Positions 28,498 to 32,000 of a DNA stretch of 32,000 nt are shown in pieces. Position numbers and translations under genes: made by a program. The stretch spans positions 4,650,001 to 4,682,000 of the forward strand of contig NC_010628.1 in assembly GCF_000020025.1 (NCBI RefSeq), in the 5' to 3' direction. Source of the stretch: Nostoc punctiforme PCC 73102 (GTDB lineage Bacteria > Cyanobacteriota > Cyanobacteriia > Cyanobacteriales > Nostocaceae). The notes beneath the pieces are model-generated. The model worked only from the letters and a program-made list of their open reading frames with translations, was not told the origin of the DNA and searched no databases. How positions within the stretch are numbered: the first letter of the stretch is position 1; the number at the start of each line of letters is the position of its first letter.

Positions 28498-30001
28498 GAT
28501 TTTTTGAATCTCCAGTAGTAACTTTAATCAAATGTTGAGCTAGATTGGTGTAGCGTTCTAGAACTTTTTGTGCAGCCTCTTTTTCTTGAGAGACAAGTGT
28601 GTTGTCAAATTCGCCTTGGTACAGTGGATATCCTTTATCTTGACAAATAGAAACTATATTTAAACGTGGAATCCAAGTGTTTTCAGGAAAAAGTTCCACT
28701 TTGTTACTGCCACCACTCTTTTCAATAATTTCGAAAAGTCTGACAACCATAGACTTATTGTAGTTGGACGATTTTTGATCGTACATACTAACGGCTATTC
28801 CCAAAATTGGTAGAGGTTCATCTTTTAACTGCTCTATTTCGTTTGTTCTATCTAGTACATATTCTAAAGCTCGAATTGCGTAGGCTGATAACTGAGTAGG
28901 AATAAGAATAGCTGATGATGCCATTAATGATATGCTGTTAACTTTGCCGAAAGAGGGAGGCGGATCAATAAGTACGAAATCATAATCATGCTTTTTCAGC
29001 TTTTTTGCGAGTAGACGATCGCTATCTACTGTTTGATTAAGTGTAGTTTCCATTCTACTTAGGCGTATATGTGATGGAACCAAGTCCAATTGAACATCTC
29101 CCCAATTAGTTGTAGTTATTGTGTCCTCTAATTTAGTTCTTGGTTCAGTAAGTAGATGAGTAATATCTTTCTTCCCTTTCTGTTCAATATCATCCAAAGG
29201 ATCTATTCCTAATCCCATTGTTAGATTAGCTTGAGCGTCAATATCAATCAGCAGTACTCGCTTACCAAGCTTGTTGAGAGCGGCCGCGAGGTTGATAGTA
29301 GTTGTAGTTTTACCTACTCCTCCTTTGTTATTAAATACAGTAATAATCATCGATTTACGTTCCTCCTTAGTTTGAGAAATTAAAATTTTTTCTTCACTGG
29401 TTTGCTGTATTTGCGAGGGAAAAGTCTTGCCTTTGTTGAATAAACCCAACATATCTTCTTGTTGCACCTCTTTTGAGATTAAATTTAAAAATTGTAAGCG
29501 AATATTTTGTTGATTTTTATACAGGGTAGAAGTAAAGTTTAAATAAGTTTTTTTGGATAAAATTTTGTAAAATGACCTATATTTTTGAATAAGTGTCACT
29601 TGGGAATACTCTACAATAGTGGTAATTCTTTTATCATGGTTATAAAGTATACGAAAATCATAGCCATTGGTTAACAGTCCGATAACAGATCCCGTATGGC
29701 GCATATAATTATTAATTTGCCAAACACTGTGGGCAATGTTTTTACTAGGTGCTTTAACTTCAATAATTAAATAGGCAGGTTTTATTAAAGCGGAATCTGG
29801 TTGACCCACTAGGAAGTCAAGCTTAGATTGTAAAATTACTACTTGAGACTGCCAATCGCTATTGCTGTAACCAAGGATACGCAAGAGTGGAACTACGACC
29901 TTTTGCTCTACATCAGATTCGTTACTATTTGGGGCGATCCCTTGAAAAATGTTTTGCAGGGTCGAGCCATAGTCAGCAATCATACTAGCACCGAGAGGCA
30001 T
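28490..30001 (-). CDS. Fusion protein: N-terminal HsdR-N-type PD-(D/E)xK nuclease-like domain plus C-terminal ParA/Soj-family deviant Walker A ATPase
   Basis: C-terminal half: MIITVFNNKGGVGKTTTTINLAAALNKLGKRVLLIDIDAQANLT (KGGxGKT deviant Walker A with signature Lys226) and FVLIDPPPS (Walker B). N-terminal ~215 aa: SDVEQKVVVPLLRILGY, KLD62FLV, LIIE81VK83AP and Q95INNY99. This gives D...ExK...QxxxY in the order and spacing seen in type I restriction HsdR nuclease domains. Confidence 0.8.
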   Translation of the reverse strand: MPLGASMIADYGSTLQNIFQGIAPNSNESDVEQKVVVPLLRILGYSNSDWQSQVVILQSKLDFLVGQPDSALIKPAYLIIEVKAPSKNIAHSVWQINNYMRHTGSVIGLLTNGYDFRILYNHDKRITTIVEYSQVTLIQKYRSFYKILSKKTYLNFTSTLYKNQQNIRLQFLNLISKEVQQEDMLGLFNKGKTFPSQIQQTSEEKILISQTKEERKSMIITVFNNKGGVGKTTTTINLAAALNKLGKRVLLIDIDAQANLTMGLGIDPLDDIEQKGKKDITHLLTEPRTKLEDTITTTNWGDVQLDLVPSHIRLSRMETTLNQTVDSDRLLAKKLKKHDYDFVLIDPPPSFGKVNSISLMASSAILIPTQLSAYAIRALEYVLDRTNEIEQLKDEPLPILGIAVSMYDQKSSNYNKSMVVRLFEIIEKSGGSNKVELFPENTWIPRLNIVSICQDKGYPLYQGEFDNTLVSQEKEAAQKVLERYTNLAQHLIKVTTGDSKNHG

Positions 30002-30120
30002 CTAACTTTACAATTCTATCTGCTAATTTATCCGTTGTAAAAATTTTTGCCTATATTGCTAGTAAAATCCAAGAATGGCTAGAATCAAAGAGTTTAATCA
30101 ACCTATTTGCGCTAAAGGTT

Positions 30121-30492
30121 TTGGCTACTGTATCTTGTCCCCACTGCCATCAACTCGTTGATAGTCAAGCTATTAGTTGTCCCTATTGCCGGACTACACT
30201 CAAAGCTTACGGTCATCCCGGTATTCCATTGCACCGCGCCACTGGGGATGGGTATCTGTGCAACACTTGCACCTATCACGCTGATGATACTTGCAATTTT
30301 CCTCAGCGTCCCTACGCCAAAGACTGTACCCTCTACCAAAATATTGAACAGACAAAATTAGAGTTGGAACAGCAGCGTTACACGAACAGTTTTGCTGTAA
30401 CTGTGAAAACTTGGGTAAAACGCAATCAGGCTTTGCTGTTGCTATTAGGTTTATTATTGGTCTGTTTGTTGTTCGTGATATTAAGGTCTTGA
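30121..30492 (+). CDS. Zinc-ribbon protein with a C-terminal transmembrane anchor
   Basis: CPHC...(14)...CPYC is the zinc-ribbon pair. There are additional Cys (CNTC, C..C), and the C-terminal TM is ALLLLLGLLLVCLLFVIL. The start is TTG (no in-frame ATG upstream), so it is uncertain. Confidence 0.6.
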   Translation: MATVSCPHCHQLVDSQAISCPYCRTTLKAYGHPGIPLHRATGDGYLCNTCTYHADDTCNFPQRPYAKDCTLYQNIEQTKLELEQQRYTNSFAVTVKTWVKRNQALLLLLGLLLVCLLFVILRS

Positions 30493-30502
30493 TTGGTGTT
30501 TA

Positions 30503-30537
30503 CTGGGGAATGGGGAATGGGGAATGGGGAATGGGGG
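30503..30537. repeat. STRR-like heptamer tandem repeat (TGGGGAA x4 plus a partial unit)
   Basis: tggggaatggggaatggggaatggggaatgggggg lies in the spacer between convergent genes. A related GGGGA/TCCCC-rich sequence is at 13511-13580. Confidence 0.85.
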
Positions 30538-30589
30538 GAGATAAGGGAGAAAGAATAACTATTAATCGCCAATGCCCAATCCCTAAACT

Positions 30590-32000
30590 TTAGACCGTGG
30601 TGATTTTGGATGCTTCAGTAATAGCTTCAACTTGTATCGGTGGCGCTTTTTCCTCAAAGGCGGCTAAGTCGAACCAAAAAGTTGTGCCAATGCCAACTTC
30701 ACTCACTAGATGGACTTTACTACGATGTCTGTCGATGATATTTCTGACAATCGATAATCCTAAACCTGTGCCTTCTAGGGTGTGAACTCGGTTTTCTACG
30801 CGAAAGAAGCGTTCAAAAATTGAGTGCTGGTCTTCTGTAGCAATGCCAATTCCAGTATCGGAAATTTCAATCCGCACTGGAGAAGATTGGCTGTGATTGG
30901 GTTTGAAATCTAGTTGGTAAGCGCGGATTGCTACTTTACCACCGGCTTTGGTAAATTTGAGGGCATTACCAATTAGATTGCCAAAAACTTGTACTAACAG
31001 ATCGTAATTACCCATTACCAGGGGTAAATTAGTATCAACTTCCTGAAGAAGTTCAACACCTTTATCTTTGGCATTGAGTTGGTAAGTACGCAATGTTTGC
31101 TCGATCGCTTGAGCTAGATCCACTCCATCGAAGTTATACTGACGGCCAGATTCGAGTTTTGATAAATCTAATACATCGTTAACTAGGCGGGTTAGGCGAT
31201 CGGTTTCATGATTAACTGTTTGCAAAAACTCTTGCCGTTCTTCTAATCCTAAGTCTTCGCCGTAGTCATGCAGGGTTTCAATATAGGTTTTGATGTTAAA
31301 TAAAGGCGTTCGCAGTTCGTGAGAAACGTTGCTGATAAATTGACTTTTTGCATCGTTTAATTCCACCTCACGGGTTATATCTTGGACGGTAATCGCAATA
31401 CCTTTGATGCTTTCTCTTTGCACGTTGAGTACTGTAGTCAAGAGAATACGGATTGTTCGAGGGGTGGGTTGGTTAATAAAAATGCGGAATTCGGCGCTTT
31501 CGCATTCACCTGCTGCCATTTCGTACAATGGGCCAGTGATTTCCATTTGTACTGCTGGCGGCAAGTGATGCAATACATTGCAACCAACCACATCAGCCGT
31601 TTCCCAGCCAAAAATCCGCCGCGCCGTGGGGTTGACTAATATCACCTGCATGTTGTTATCAATCAACACAGCACCATCTGCGATCGTGGAAACAAGGGTT
31701 TCTAGCTTGGCTTTTTCTGCGGTCAGTTCTTCAATATTCTGTTCTTCATAGCGTTCTAATCGCTCTGCCATCTCATTAAAGCTTAAAATTAACTCCCCTA
31801 GTTCGCCCCCTAAAGGTAAATCAATGCGCTGCTTGAAATTCCCGGTAGCAATTTCCTTTACCCCCACTAGCAGTTCTTTTATTGGTTTAGTGATGGTCAA
31901 AGCGTTGATTACTCCTGCCAAAATCACCATTACCCAAATTGTGATAAAAACGGCAATGGTGACATCGCGGGTAAAATTGGTGGAGATGACAGCAGTCTGA
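30590..32000 (-). CDS. Sensor histidine kinase (TM-HAMP-PAS-HisKA-HATPase_c), NblS/Hik33-like; N-terminus lies beyond the window end
   Basis: The reading frame stays open upstream of the track's Met (31930) to base 32000 (...QTAVISTNFTRDVTIAVFITIWVMVILAGV, a TM helix). HAMP: PIKELLVGVKEIATGNFKQRIDLPLGGELGELILSFNEMAERL. PAS: LVSTIADGAVLIDNNMQVILVNPTARRIFGW. H-box: FISNVSHELRTPLFNIKTYIETL. N, G1 and G2 boxes: GNLIGNALKFT, DTGIGI, GTGLGLSIV. Confidence 0.9.
   Translation of the reverse strand, partial: QTAVISTNFTRDVTIAVFITIWVMVILAGVINALTITKPIKELLVGVKEIATGNFKQRIDLPLGGELGELILSFNEMAERLERYEEQNIEELTAEKAKLETLVSTIADGAVLIDNNMQVILVNPTARRIFGWETADVVGCNVLHHLPPAVQMEITGPLYEMAAGECESAEFRIFINQPTPRTIRILLTTVLNVQRESIKGIAITVQDITREVELNDAKSQFISNVSHELRTPLFNIKTYIETLHDYGEDLGLEERQEFLQTVNHETDRLTRLVNDVLDLSKLESGRQYNFDGVDLAQAIEQTLRTYQLNAKDKGVELLQEVDTNLPLVMGNYDLLVQVFGNLIGNALKFTKAGGKVAIRAYQLDFKPNHSQSSPVRIEISDTGIGIATEDQHSIFERFFRVENRVHTLEGTGLGLSIVRNIIDRHRSKVHLVSEVGIGTTFWFDLAAFEEKAPPIQVEAITEASKITTV

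Noticed and set aside
27664-30001. Reading the ParA-like/ParB-like pair as the chromosomal ParAB system or as McdA/McdB carboxysome positioning
   Set aside because: Chromosomal ParB keeps the GERR box and lies near gidB and the origin region, and no such context is present. McdB proteins are small, with a conserved C-terminal Trp, and this protein ends ...VTSIRSQ. McdA also lacks a 215-aa nuclease-like N-terminal domain. I keep it as an unassigned system.
30411-30593. A 60-aa plus-strand ORF running through the heptamer tract (…GMGNGEWGMGGDKGE…)
   Set aside because: This is a translation of the STRR repeat itself. It overlaps the end of the zinc-ribbon gene in another frame and has no start context.

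Overview
This 32-kb segment looks like the chromosome of a filamentous, Nostocales-type cyanobacterium. HIP1 octamers (GCGATCGC) are scattered throughout, there are GGGGAAT heptamer (STRR-like) tracts and Nostoc-type dispersed repeats, and the gene content fits. I support 26 protein-coding genes, with both edge genes truncated. The left edge gene (1..2859, minus) is missing from the supplied ORF track because it has no in-window stop. I also support one decayed gene fragment, a TPP riboswitch upstream of thiC, a MITE-like nested inverted-repeat element and several intergenic hairpins. Ordinary content: thiC, a chaC-like gene, SDR, GNAT, TetR, a DHA2-type MFS pump, a Rieske ferredoxin, glycosyltransferase genes, a PEP-CTERM protein and two sensor proteins. 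Four things stand out. (1) An AT-rich two-gene operon at 27.7-30.0 kb encodes a ParA/Soj ATPase with an N-terminal HsdR-type PD-(D/E)xK nuclease domain (D..ExK..QxxxY motifs intact). It overlaps a degenerate ParB-like gene that lacks the GERR arginines. This is my best candidate for an undescribed DNA-targeting system, either defence or segregation-derived. (2) A three-gene cassette is headed by a DUF4157-type protein carrying two HExxH motifs. (3) A vWA protein ends in two copies of an unassigned ~68-aa module. (4) A leaderless S8/P-domain peptidase is divergently paired with a stand-alone copy of its own N-terminal pro-region. All functional calls come from motif recognition by eye; no database search or computation was possible.
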